DNA of 54,366 nt from Arcobacteraceae bacterium (GCA_049650525.1 JBASAI010000393.1:1-54366), one strand, 5' to 3'. Numbered from the stretch's first letter, positions 9,607-19,571 are shown. The notes: generated by a model from the sequence alone, not told the origin. Made by a program: numbers and translations.

Positions 9607-10622
9607 TTAATCAAATCCACTTTCTAACTCATCCAATTCACGATGCAACTCTTTTACAAGTTCTTCTTCACTTGGTAGATAAAGTTGATATTTACTTGCT
9701 AAAATAGTTTTGTTATCTTCTGGTAGCGTGAACTTTACAACAGTATCATTTTTATCTACACAAAGTAGCACTCCAATTGTAGCATTTTCAAAATCTTGTT
9801 TTTCACTTCTATCATAATAATTCACATACATTTGTAACTGTCCAACATCTTGATGGGTAAGTTTATGTGTTTTTATCTCAAATATTACAAAACATTGAAG
9901 TAGTCTATTATAAAAAACTAAATCTACAAAAAAATCATCTCCATCTATATGTATTCTTTTTTGTCTTGATACAAATGAAAAGCCATTTCCAAGTTCTAGT
10001 AAAAACTCCTGAAGATTTGAGATGATCGCTTGCTCTAAATCTTTTTCATAATAACTACTTTTCTTCTCTAATCCTAAAAATTCTAATACCATTGGGTCTT
10101 TTATAATCTCATTTGTACTTACTGGAAGCTTTTCACTTTTTGCTACATCTAAAACTGATTTTTTATCATTGCTTAAAAGTAGTCGTTCAAAAAGTGATGA
10201 GTTTATCTGTCTTTCTAGTTCTCTACCGTTCCAACTATTTTTTATACTTTCATTGATATAAAACTCTCTTTTGTCTGTATCATCTATTCGTATTAGCAGT
10301 TTATATTGACTCCAATTCAATTGCGAACACACTGCGTTCGTATTTGGAAAAGTTCTATAAAATTGTCTCATAAGTTCAAGTTGTCGTACACTATAACCAC
10401 TTCCATATATAGGTTCTAAATCAGTTGAAAGAGTTTTGATAATCTGTTTACCATAATCTGCTCTATCTTTACCATCTTGTAGCTCTTGAACTATCCTTTT
10501 ACCAATATTCCAGTATAAGATAACTCTTTGGTTATCTACTGCTCTTATTGCTGTTTCTTGGGAGCTACTAATAAGGTTTTTACATCTTGGGTTAGAGTTG
10601 TGTTATTTTTTATTTTATCCAT
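9607..10622 (-). pseudogene. YhcG/DUF1016 PD-(D/E)xK nuclease family gene with a 1-nt frameshift near the 5' end
   Basis: KDPMVLEFL, FLLELGNGF, DLVFYNR..FEIK, GQLQMY motifs. The main frame extends upstream of 10371 (AIRAVD..LYWNIGKRI), but ATG 10622 is out of frame at an A5 run (10577-10581). Confidence 0.85.
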
Positions 10623-10790
10623 TTTATAGCCTATTTTTATATTTTATTAAAATACATCTTATATCTATTATCATTTTAGTTTTCCTTGTTTTTTTACTAC
10701 AAATATTTTGTTTATTTCTTATCTTTAGACAAAACACCAAGTAACTGAGGCACAATAAACAATATTCAAGTGAAGAAAAGTGGAAATTCA

Positions 10791-11549
10791 TCACCTGCCC
10801 CCAATTATACCAGTTCCAGGTTTTATATCAACAGCCATTTTATATGAAACAATTTTCACAATTTTTTTCTTAATAGGTTCATTATTAATAATATTAATAT
10901 TGTTTAAAGTATTTTTATTTAAGTTTATAGATTTGTTATATTCATAATTAATTAAACCTTTACGATGTAAGGTATTTATAGCATTTTGCATATCATTATC
11001 AATCCAATCATAATCATCTTTATAAAATAATTCCAAAACTTTTTTTTCATTATCTGTTAATGTTTTTAAATGATTTATTATTTTATTATTGTGTTGTTTA
11101 TCTAAAACTTTATACAGTCTTTTGTTTATTTGGTATAATTTTTCAAACTCTTGTATATCTTGAATTGGTTTTATAAAATCATTAGCAACTAAACTTTTTA
11201 TTTCATTTTGATATGATTGAAATTTATATTTTCCATCATTTGTGTAAAGTGTATTTAAAATCTCTTTTTGCCCTTTTGCTAATATATCAATATTTTTTAA
11301 TTTGCCATTAAAAGAAATAATATTCTGAACAAAAGAAATAATTTTTTTTAGTTCTTTTGATACTATAATTATAATATGACCTATAAAGGGCAAAGAGAAA
11401 AATAAAATTATTAATTTAATATATTCATTTTCGAAATTCAAAATCCCTAAAATTAGTAAAACACCTAACAAAAAAAATCCTACTACAATATGAGGAGGAG
11501 GATTTTTTAATAAATTGATTAATGAATCAATATTTATATTAAAATTCAA
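10791..11549 (-). CDS. 2-TM membrane protein with two tandem SieB-like winged-helix repeats (putative superinfection-exclusion/defence protein)
   Basis: Two N-terminal hydrophobic helices; repeats LAKGQKEILNTLY..QNEIKSLVANDFI and LTDNEKKVLELFY..QNAINTLHRKGLI. Start moved to TTG 11549 after AGGAAAG. Confidence 0.55.
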   Translation of the reverse strand: MNFNINIDSLINLLKNPPPHIVVGFFLLGVLLILGILNFENEYIKLIILFFSLPFIGHIIIIVSKELKKIISFVQNIISFNGKLKNIDILAKGQKEILNTLYTNDGKYKFQSYQNEIKSLVANDFIKPIQDIQEFEKLYQINKRLYKVLDKQHNNKIINHLKTLTDNEKKVLELFYKDDYDWIDNDMQNAINTLHRKGLINYEYNKSINLNKNTLNNINIINNEPIKKKIVKIVSYKMAVDIKPGTGIIGGR

Positions 11550-11550
11550 T

Positions 11551-11766
11551 TTATCTTTCCTTATTTCCAGTATCCTTAGTTGTTGGATTAGGTTTTGCTT
11601 TAACATATTCTTTACCATTTATTTTAGTAGTAGTATGAAGAGGATGTTTTCCTTTTTTGACTTCTTTAACTGCTTTTATTCTTGAAATTGTTCCTCTTCC
11701 AGGAATAGTATAAGTTTCATTTCCACCTTTTTTTCCATCCTGATTTCCATTTATATTTCTTGCCAT
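11551..11766 (-). CDS. Small basic protein, DUF3892-like
   Basis: 71 aa, GN.DG..G.N.TYTIPGRG.ISR..AV.EV..GKHP....NGKEYV.A.PN; SD AAGGA and TGTTATACT promoter upstream. Confidence 0.7.
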   Translation of the reverse strand: MARNINGNQDGKKGGNETYTIPGRGTISRIKAVKEVKKGKHPLHTTTKINGKEYVKAKPNPTTKDTGNKER

Positions 11767-12040
11767 TTAACTTTCCTTTGTTAATTTAATTAGGAAAGTA
11801 TAACAAAATCATAACCCAGATGCAACAGTATAATAATATTATATTATAATTAAAATAATCTTTGTCCTTTTCTATAAACTTTATTTGCTTTAATAAATAC
11901 ATCTATTTTTTAATTCATTTCTATATCTCTTTTATTATTTCATTTGTCCTTACTTTTTATCTTAAATATTTACTTATTTTTACACATAATTTGTTCATAT
12001 CTCATATTATTATTTGTAATTGTAGCTGTTGTTTTTTTAA

Positions 12041-12811
12041 TCAAGTATATCCACAATCATATTTTTTAAATTCTGTAATTCTTGAAATCATTCTTAAACT
12101 TGTACTATTCAGAATATTACATTTTGGACCTAACCATATTGTAGGTATTACTACAGCTAAATCAAAATGGGATTCTTTCCAATATATTTCATCTTTATAA
12201 GGAATTATTTTATTATTTGATTCTCTAAAATTCAACTCTTTTGTATCAAATGGTTTGATAATTCTCACTTCATTTTCTTCTTTAAATGCAATATTTTTAA
12301 TACTTAACAGATCATACACGATTTCATCTATTTTAGAATAATTTTCCCTTAACCAACCCATAAAACTATTCTCTGCAACTAATTCTTTTTTTGCATCTAA
12401 TATATCTTTAATATTATTGAAATGTTTTTTTCTCATGCTATTTATAACTTCTTCATGCTCTTCATATATGCAATTAACCAAAGAAAATCCTAATTTTCCC
12501 AATACATTTTTATTGAAACCAAGTGTAACTCCTCTTGCATCATTTGCATATGCTCTCCATTGACTTAGAACATTATACTCTTTTGATAGACTAAAAATAC
12601 AGTAACTTCGATTGAAACTATTGTATATAAATGTATTATTCAAAATCTTTTTTTCTTCTTCATTAAATGGTCTTATAAAAAGTTTTATTGATTCAGTTAA
12701 TTCTTTAGTGTCATTTAGAAACCTACAGTCTGTCATCCAAATTGATTTCTTTTGCAGTATCGAATAACATGCATGGATATTTGTATAATGATACAATAAA
12801 TTTTGTTCCAT
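12041..12811 (-). CDS. DUF2971 domain protein
   Basis: LYHYT, FLNDTKE, SLS...LSQWRAYA...GVTLGF, K..AFKEENEVR motifs. Confidence 0.85.
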   Translation of the reverse strand: MEQNLLYHYTNIHACYSILQKKSIWMTDCRFLNDTKELTESIKLFIRPFNEEEKKILNNTFIYNSFNRSYCIFSLSKEYNVLSQWRAYANDARGVTLGFNKNVLGKLGFSLVNCIYEEHEEVINSMRKKHFNNIKDILDAKKELVAENSFMGWLRENYSKIDEIVYDLLSIKNIAFKEENEVRIIKPFDTKELNFRESNNKIIPYKDEIYWKESHFDLAVVIPTIWLGPKCNILNSTSLRMISRITEFKKYDCGYT

Positions 12812-12822
12812 TGTAATTTCCC

Positions 12823-13347
12823 TTAATTTAGTTTTTGATGTATTTTATCAAGTGATTTTCTTATGTCATCTAATTTAGTTATCTCTTGAGGTTGAGATAA
12901 TAACATTCCTATATCAATCATAAATTTATAATTTATTTTGATAGTTTCATTAAAGGGTTTTCCATCTTTTGATTTGTATTTTAACAGAATTTCAAATTCT
13001 TCAATATCATCTTTTAATTCACTTATTAAACCAATTAAATTTGGTATTTTTTGACCAATAGGCAAATAATTAATATGTGTCTTAGGTAAAACATATTTTT
13101 TTTTACTAAATAATTCAATAGTGTCTTTATCAAATGAAATATCAATATCATAAGCAGGTGCTTTGCCAATATTCTCAATCTCCATTTTTAACATCATTGA
13201 ATAATTATGTGGTTCAATTTTAACAGTTACATATGGACTTGTTTCAACTTCTCTTAATTTTTTTGTTTCTTTAAACAACTTTGTTGTATAAAATACATAG
13301 ATTAAAGTTGCTATAACCATGACCCATTCAGAAGAAAAAAACTCCAT
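12823..13347 (-). CDS. Hypothetical protein with single N-terminal TM anchor
   Basis: WVMVIATLIYVFYT helix, then ET..R....PYV and ENIGKAPAYDI beta-rich domain; ATG 13347 overlaps the RM stop (TGATG). Confidence 0.75.
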   Translation of the reverse strand: MEFFSSEWVMVIATLIYVFYTTKLFKETKKLREVETSPYVTVKIEPHNYSMMLKMEIENIGKAPAYDIDISFDKDTIELFSKKKYVLPKTHINYLPIGQKIPNLIGLISELKDDIEEFEILLKYKSKDGKPFNETIKINYKFMIDIGMLLSQPQEITKLDDIRKSLDKIHQKLN

Positions 13348-16235
13348 CAAACACCTTCCACAATCAAAATCTCATCATCACTCAAACCATACAACTCATA
13401 AACCATTTTATCAATTTCATTTTCACTATTTACAACTATTTTTTCAAAGTTTTCTATCTCATTTTTTAGTTTGATTTCTCTATCAAAATTATCATTTTTT
13501 ACAGCTTCATCGTAAAGGACTTGATAGTTTTTTATTTTTTGTTTACTATCAAGTATTTGATTTACTAAATCAATAAATGGTTTTTGTTTTTCTTCTTCGA
13601 CAATTGGAATTGGTAATTGTTCAATAAATATTTTTTTCATTCTTAATGCATTTCTTCCTAATAATGAAGAGATAAACTGTAAATAATACCATATGATTTT
13701 AGAGTTTAAAAAAGCTAATAAAAATTTATCGCCTTTATCAATAAACCAACTAGTATCTAAAAGATAAGATTTCTTATCATCATAAGAAAATAAAGAAGAA
13801 GAACAAAACTCTGGATAAACTATTTTTTCTAAATCAAATTTATTAATATACGCACAGTTTCTTAAATTATATGGAGTTAATCCTTTATCTCCTCTCTTTT
13901 CCAGTTTTTCATAATATTGATTCAAATGTTCTTTAAGAACAGGATAATCATCAATATTGATAGGAGGATTATTATGACTAACTATTAAATATTCATTTGA
14001 AATATCATTTCTATATCTATCAAGCGTTCGTCCTCTTAGCAATGGTTTAATGATTTCACTACATTTTTTATCTTGACTAATAAATTTATTCTTTAAGGTT
14101 TCGGTAATAACAAAAGCTTCATTAAACCCAGTTTTTATACCAAATTTTATCTCAATATCCCAATCTTTAAGAACAATTCCTATTTCTTCAATTTTCTTTT
14201 TTATCTTTAATTCATCTGGAGATACAAAGGAAAAACTAGATTTACTTAAATCTGTTTGATTCATCTTAAAATGATTTAATAAGTCTGTATCAACCATCTT
14301 AAAAGTACTATCTTTATCTGGAAGCTCTTTTTTAAATATAGTGATAGTACTATCAACAGTCGCATCTGCAAATATCTTAACACCATTAAAATCTGCTATT
14401 TGTTCTATAGTCATATTAGCTAAAATAAGCTCTCTTATTTTTTCACCATATTTTGCTCTAAAAAATTTATTTGAACAAATATATCCTTTGACTCCATTTG
14501 GTTTGAGCATATTGTAACCCAATTCATAAAAATACACATATAAGTCAGCGGTTCCTGCAAATGATTTATATTTTTCTTGTAATTGTGGTTTTATCTCTTT
14601 TATCATTTCGTGTCGTACATACGGCGGATTTCCAAGAACAACATCAAAACTTCCCTCTGCAAAAGGCATATCTAACAGTGAATTAGCACAAAGTATTTTA
14701 TCTGCCAACCTTGTAAGCGGTCGCCCTTTTTTGGCTGTTCTTAGCCATAGTGAGAGTTTGGCTATCTCTGTTGCATCTTCGTTTATATCTACTCCATAGA
14801 TGTTGTTTTCTAGTACGCTCTCTTCTACAGTATACGAAGCAAAAAGATCGCCCATCAGCGACAAGTCATTTTGCAAAGCGGTATGCTCGTGAATGAGGAA
14901 ATCAAGTGCTTGATTTAGAAACGCTCCACTTCCACACGCAGGATCGAGTATCTTTAGATCGAAAAGCCATGCTTTGTATGTTTCTAGATTTTCTTTTGTT
15001 TGGGCTTCACCTTTGTTGAGTTTTCTAGGATTTTTAGGAGCTTTTACTTCTGTGATCTTGAGCTCTTCTCTTTTCTCTTTACACATTTTTCCTAGAGTAT
15101 TGTCCACTATGTATTTTGTGATATATTCTGGTGTATAAAACACACCATCTTTTTTTCTTTTTGATTTTGTTTTGTCGAACTCTGTGTTGTCGATGTTTGA
15201 TTGTATCTCTTCTAAATCTGTGAGACTCTGCTCAAAAATATGCCCCAAGATATTGACACCCACTTCACTCGCAAAGTCATAGTCGCTGAGCTTTTGAGCT
15301 TCCATATTGAGCACAACATCATCGATGACAAGAGCATCTAGCACTTCATCTTTTGCAAAAAGTCCACCATTGTATCGAGGGATCTGTAGCTTCTCATTTC
15401 CTTCGTTTATCGCATCAAAATATATCTTGTAGTACTGATACATCGGATTTCCGAAGATATCTTGCTCATGTCGTGTGATGATCTCTTTGATTGTGTTTGG
15501 ACTGAGCAGTCCTCTATCTTCTGCAAAAAGTATGAAGATGATACGATCACAGATCTTTTGTGTATATCGTAATAGATCTGTTTTTTCGTGTGTTGGGTTG
15601 TTTTTGATAAGGTTTTCAAAGAGATGATTTCTAAAAGTACTAAAGTCTTTGTACAACTCTTTTGATATTTGGGACTCAAAGTTGGCTGTTTTTTCTTTGA
15701 GATTGAGTGGAATACCAGCTTTGATACTCTCATAAGAGATGAGAAGATGAAGCTTTTTGAACTCTTCATAAGACAGATTAAAAAGACTAAACTTCTCATA
15801 AGCAGTCTTTTTATCGATATAAAATCTCAACTCATCGAAGTTTGATACGATCACATAGTGCGCATTGCTATTTGATACAAGATAGCCAAATGCCTGATCA
15901 GTTGCTTTGTCTAGGTTTTTTGTGTCTTGTGCTTTGAGCTCTATGATACCAGCAATCTCTCCATTGAGATGAATAGCCCCATCTGCTTTTTTCCCATCTG
16001 TTTCGTTTTTTCGTTCTCGCTCTAGACTAAAATCGCTAGGGTTCGTGCTATCAAGAGTATATCCCAAACAATTTTCAAAAACATCTTTTAAAAAACCATC
16101 TTGGTATTTTTCCTCTTTGACATTTTGTACAAACTCTTTTTTCGCCAGATACTCTTGAAACTTCGCCCATCGTAAAGCCACGATACTTTCATCTTGGCTC
16201 ACATTTTTTAAAACCGAATTTTGAAACATAGACAT
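13347..16235 (-). CDS. Type IIG restriction-modification enzyme (Eco57I-like nuclease + N6-adenine MTase + target recognition domain)
   Basis: N-terminal ADG..IIELK nuclease motif, GVFYTP, DPACGSGAF (motif I), GNPPY (motif IV), TaqI_C-like C-terminus. Start ATG 16235 or GTG 16241. Confidence 0.92.
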   Translation of the reverse strand: MSMFQNSVLKNVSQDESIVALRWAKFQEYLAKKEFVQNVKEEKYQDGFLKDVFENCLGYTLDSTNPSDFSLERERKNETDGKKADGAIHLNGEIAGIIELKAQDTKNLDKATDQAFGYLVSNSNAHYVIVSNFDELRFYIDKKTAYEKFSLFNLSYEEFKKLHLLISYESIKAGIPLNLKEKTANFESQISKELYKDFSTFRNHLFENLIKNNPTHEKTDLLRYTQKICDRIIFILFAEDRGLLSPNTIKEIITRHEQDIFGNPMYQYYKIYFDAINEGNEKLQIPRYNGGLFAKDEVLDALVIDDVVLNMEAQKLSDYDFASEVGVNILGHIFEQSLTDLEEIQSNIDNTEFDKTKSKRKKDGVFYTPEYITKYIVDNTLGKMCKEKREELKITEVKAPKNPRKLNKGEAQTKENLETYKAWLFDLKILDPACGSGAFLNQALDFLIHEHTALQNDLSLMGDLFASYTVEESVLENNIYGVDINEDATEIAKLSLWLRTAKKGRPLTRLADKILCANSLLDMPFAEGSFDVVLGNPPYVRHEMIKEIKPQLQEKYKSFAGTADLYVYFYELGYNMLKPNGVKGYICSNKFFRAKYGEKIRELILANMTIEQIADFNGVKIFADATVDSTITIFKKELPDKDSTFKMVDTDLLNHFKMNQTDLSKSSFSFVSPDELKIKKKIEEIGIVLKDWDIEIKFGIKTGFNEAFVITETLKNKFISQDKKCSEIIKPLLRGRTLDRYRNDISNEYLIVSHNNPPINIDDYPVLKEHLNQYYEKLEKRGDKGLTPYNLRNCAYINKFDLEKIVYPEFCSSSLFSYDDKKSYLLDTSWFIDKGDKFLLAFLNSKIIWYYLQFISSLLGRNALRMKKIFIEQLPIPIVEEEKQKPFIDLVNQILDSKQKIKNYQVLYDEAVKNDNFDREIKLKNEIENFEKIVVNSENEIDKMVYELYGLSDDEILIVEGV

Positions 16236-16300
16236 AAACACACACCCTTTAAATAATCATCTCTTATATTTTATTCTATCTAAAGTTTGGTAAACTCAAT

Positions 16301-16387
16301 ATGAACGACTCAAATTTAAAAAAACAACTAGAGAACTACAAAAGAGATCAAGAAAAAATATATAGCTATTTAAGTTCGATGGAGTAA
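16301..16387 (+). CDS. Possible 28-aa small ORF or gene remnant
   Basis: MNDSNLKKQLENYKRDQEKIYSYLSSME*, preceded by TGGTAAACT (extended -10-like); no SD. Confidence 0.25.
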   Translation: MNDSNLKKQLENYKRDQEKIYSYLSSME

Positions 16388-16486
16388 AGATTATAAAAGT
16401 TAAAAATTTTTCAATAAATTTAGATATGTTTTTTTCTTCTATCATCTCAATTTATGTTATTAATCTTTAACTAAATTAAATAAGTA

Positions 16487-16564
16487 AATTAGATACTATA
16501 TCCAATTGTTTTTTATGTTTTTTTTATGTTATACTTCTAAATAAGACAATATTTATCCTATTTA
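16487..16564 (+). promoter_or_regulatory. suf promoter with extended -10 and two palindromic operator-like sites
   Basis: TGTTATACT 16527-16535; palindromes AATTAGATACTATATCCAATT (16487-16507) and TAAATAAGACAATATTTATCCTATTTA (16538-16564). Confidence 0.6.
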
Positions 16565-16580
16565 AATAGCGGAGGTTAAA

Positions 16581-18017
16581 ATGAGTGATAATAAACATAT
16601 AGATAAGATTATCGCAAACGAATATAAACTTGGATTTGAGACACTGATAGAAAGTGATACTTTTCCTGTAGGTTTAAATGAAGATGTGATAAAAGCTATA
16701 TCAAAAAAGAAAAATGAGCCTGAGTGGTTACTAGAGTTTCGACTCAAAGCGTATGCAAAATGGCTTACACAAGAAGAGCCAACATGGGCAAAACTACACT
16801 ATCCAGATATAGACTATCAAAAGATAGCCTACTATTCTGCACCAAAGAAAGCTTTAGATTCTTTAGATGAAGTTGATCCAAAAATACTTGAAACATATGA
16901 AAAGTTAGGGATCCCACTAGAAGAGCAAAAGATGCTTGCAGGTGTGGCTGTCGATGCTGTTTTTGATAGTGTAAGTGTAAAAACTACTTACCACGATGAG
17001 CTTGAAAAGCTAGGGATCATCTTTTGTAGTATCAGTGATGCTGCACACAATCATCCAGAACTACTTAAAAAGTATTTAGCAAGTGTAGTGCCAGTAAATG
17101 ACAACTATTTTGCGACACTCAACTGTGCTGTATTTACTGATGGAAGTTTTGTATATATTCCAAAAGGTGTACGATGTCCTATGGAACTTTCTACATATTT
17201 TAGAATAAACGCTCAAAATACAGGGCAATTTGAAAGAACGATTATCATAGCAGATGAAGGAAGTTATGTTTCATACAACGAAGGGTGTTCAGCACCCACA
17301 CGAGATGAGAGCCAGCTTCACGCAGCTGTAGTTGAGCTCATCATTTTGGATGATGCGGAGATAAAATACTCTACGATTCAAAACTGGTTTCCAGGAGATG
17401 AAGAGGGTAAAGGTGGTATCTACAACTTTGTAACCAAAAGAGCCTTATGTGCGGGGAAAAATTCAAAAGTATCGTGGACACAAGTAGAGACAGGATCACT
17501 TTTGACATGGAAGTATCCAAGCTGTATCTTAAAAGGTGACAATAGTTCTGGAGAGTTTTATTCAGTAGCCATCTCAAGCAAAGCCCAACAAGCCGACACT
17601 GGAACAAAGATGATCCATCTAGGAAAAGACACAAAGTCTACAATCATCTCAAAAGGTGTTTCAGCGATGAAAGGGAGCAACTCTTATCGAGGACTTGTAC
17701 GAGTAGGAAAAAAAGCAGACAATGCACGGAACTTTTCGCAGTGTGATTCACTGCTTATCGGAAATACCTGTGCTGCAAATACCTATCCATATCATGAGGT
17801 TAAAAATAGAACAGCTCAAATAGAACACGAGGCAACCACTTCAAAGATCTCAGATGATCAGCTTTTTTATCTACGCCAAAGAGGAATAGATGAAGAAAAT
17901 GCCGTTTCTTTAATAGTAAATGGATTTTGTAAAGAGGTACTAAACAATCTTCCAATGGAGTTTGCAGTTGAAGCAAAAGCGTTGTTGGATATCACATTAG
18001 AAGGAAGTGTTGGTTGA
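16581..18017 (+). CDS. sufB: Fe-S cluster assembly protein SufB
   Basis: [56 protein letters not shown]. Confidence 0.98.
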   Translation: MSDNKHIDKIIANEYKLGFETLIESDTFPVGLNEDVIKAISKKKNEPEWLLEFRLKAYAKWLTQEEPTWAKLHYPDIDYQKIAYYSAPKKALDSLDEVDPKILETYEKLGIPLEEQKMLAGVAVDAVFDSVSVKTTYHDELEKLGIIFCSISDAAHNHPELLKKYLASVVPVNDNYFATLNCAVFTDGSFVYIPKGVRCPMELSTYFRINAQNTGQFERTIIIADEGSYVSYNEGCSAPTRDESQLHAAVVELIILDDAEIKYSTIQNWFPGDEEGKGGIYNFVTKRALCAGKNSKVSWTQVETGSLLTWKYPSCILKGDNSSGEFYSVAISSKAQQADTGTKMIHLGKDTKSTIISKGVSAMKGSNSYRGLVRVGKKADNARNFSQCDSLLIGNTCAANTYPYHEVKNRTAQIEHEATTSKISDDQLFYLRQRGIDEENAVSLIVNGFCKEVLNNLPMEFAVEAKALLDITLEGSVG

Positions 18018-18046
18018 TACCAACTACTTAAAGTCAAGGAGTAAAA

Positions 18047-18808
18047 ATGATAAAAATAGAAAATTTAAATGTAGAAATAGCTGGTAAAAAAATATTAAAC
18101 GATTTTAATTTAGAGATAAATGATGGAGAAGTTCATGCACTGATGGGTGTAAATGGAGCAGGTAAATCAACACTGGTAAAAGCGATAAGTGGTCACTATG
18201 ATACAAATATCACAAGTGGTACAATCACTTACAATGGCAAAGATATCACAGAGTTATCAGCAGACAAAATAGCAAATGAAGGGATCTTTTTAAGCTTCCA
18301 ATCACCAGTAGAAGTTCCAGGAGTAAACAACAGCTACTTTTTACGAACAGCCCTGAACGCCAAAAAAGTTTACAATGGTGAAAAAGAGCTAGATTCTATG
18401 GAGTTTTTAAAACTTCTAAAATCAAAAATGGGTGAATATGGTCTTTATTCTACTCTTTTAAAAAGAGGATTAAATGAAGGATTTAGTGGTGGTGAAAAGA
18501 AAAAAAATGAACTTTTACAACTTTTACTTTTAAATCCTGACCTTATTATGTTAGATGAGATTGATTCTGGGCTTGATGTTGATGCGATTAAGAGTGTTGC
18601 AGAAGTTATCAATGGTATGATAAAAGATGATACTAAAAAATCTATCTTGATGATCACACACTACGATAGACTTATGGAGCTTATCAAACCTGATTTTGTA
18701 CATATTCTAAAAGATGGGAAAATTGTAAAAACAGGTGATTATTCTCTTGCATTGGAGTTGGATAAACATGGATTTGCAAATTTAGGACTAGACAATGTTA
18801 CAGCCTGA
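18047..18808 (+). CDS. sufC: Fe-S cluster assembly ATPase SufC
   Basis: GVNGAGKST, NEGFSGGEKK, LDEIDSGLDVDA, ITHY. Confidence 0.97.
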   Translation: MIKIENLNVEIAGKKILNDFNLEINDGEVHALMGVNGAGKSTLVKAISGHYDTNITSGTITYNGKDITELSADKIANEGIFLSFQSPVEVPGVNNSYFLRTALNAKKVYNGEKELDSMEFLKLLKSKMGEYGLYSTLLKRGLNEGFSGGEKKKNELLQLLLLNPDLIMLDEIDSGLDVDAIKSVAEVINGMIKDDTKKSILMITHYDRLMELIKPDFVHILKDGKIVKTGDYSLALELDKHGFANLGLDNVTA

Positions 18809-19571
18809 GTTAAATGACACAGCAAATTATGTAACAGGATTCAAAAATACCTATCTATTTTTAAATCAAGAGTCTTCTGTTTTTGTTGCACCTAAAAATG
18901 AAACACTAACTATCATCGATATTTTCACACAAGATATCGAAGTACAAAGAGCGCTTCGTGCCGAAAAAGGAGCAACGCTTCACTATATAAAAATAGCAAA
19001 AAGTAAAAATAGTACAAGTGTCAAATATATAAATGATATAGGCACTGATGCTACTTTGGATATGTCATTGTTTGAGTTTGAATCTTCACAAAATATCGTT
19101 GAAACAAAACTCAAAAATGCAAATTCAAATTTTACTATCAATGCTCTTATCGATCTTAAAGATGATGCAAAAGTATCTTATGATGTGCAAACCACACACC
19201 AAAATAAAAGTTTTAGTGATATTGTGTTTAAAAATCTTTTAAATGATAAATCATCTGTAAAGTTAAATATGTTTTCAATAGTAGAAGAAACAGCCGCTTT
19301 TTCAAAAGCATTTCAAAACTCTAAAACAATTCTTTTGAGTGATGATAGTAGTATCGCTGTTACTCCACACTTAGAGATATCAATAGATGAACTAGAAGCT
19401 AGTCATGGTGCTACATATGGTGATCTTGATCGTGAAGCTTTATACTACTTAAAAAGTCGTGGTATCAAAGAAAGTGATGCAAAAATCATGCTCTTAGATG
19501 CGATACGAAATGAAGTATTTATGAGTCTAGAAGATGAAAAGTTAGTTGAGTATCTCAAAGAGTTACTATGA
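18795..19571 (+). CDS. sufD: SufD-family protein (short)
   Basis: PHLEISIDELEASHGAT, YYLKSRGI; lies between sufC and sufS. Confidence 0.85.
   Translation: MLQPELNDTANYVTGFKNTYLFLNQESSVFVAPKNETLTIIDIFTQDIEVQRALRAEKGATLHYIKIAKSKNSTSVKYINDIGTDATLDMSLFEFESSQNIVETKLKNANSNFTINALIDLKDDAKVSYDVQTTHQNKSFSDIVFKNLLNDKSSVKLNMFSIVEETAAFSKAFQNSKTILLSDDSSIAVTPHLEISIDELEASHGATYGDLDREALYYLKSRGIKESDAKIMLLDAIRNEVFMSLEDEKLVEYLKELL

Noticed and set aside
11862..12200. 112-aa plus-strand ORF
   Set aside because: F/I/L-rich shadow overlapping the DUF2971 gene; the minus strand of 11850-12010 has only short broken frames.
8979..13350. Integron cassette array or prophage explanation for the co-oriented cargo
   Set aside because: No recurring attC-like palindromes, integrase or phage structural genes seen.
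15407..15799. 130-aa alternative-frame ORF inside the RM gene
   Set aside because: Fully nested in a well-supported CDS, with no motifs.
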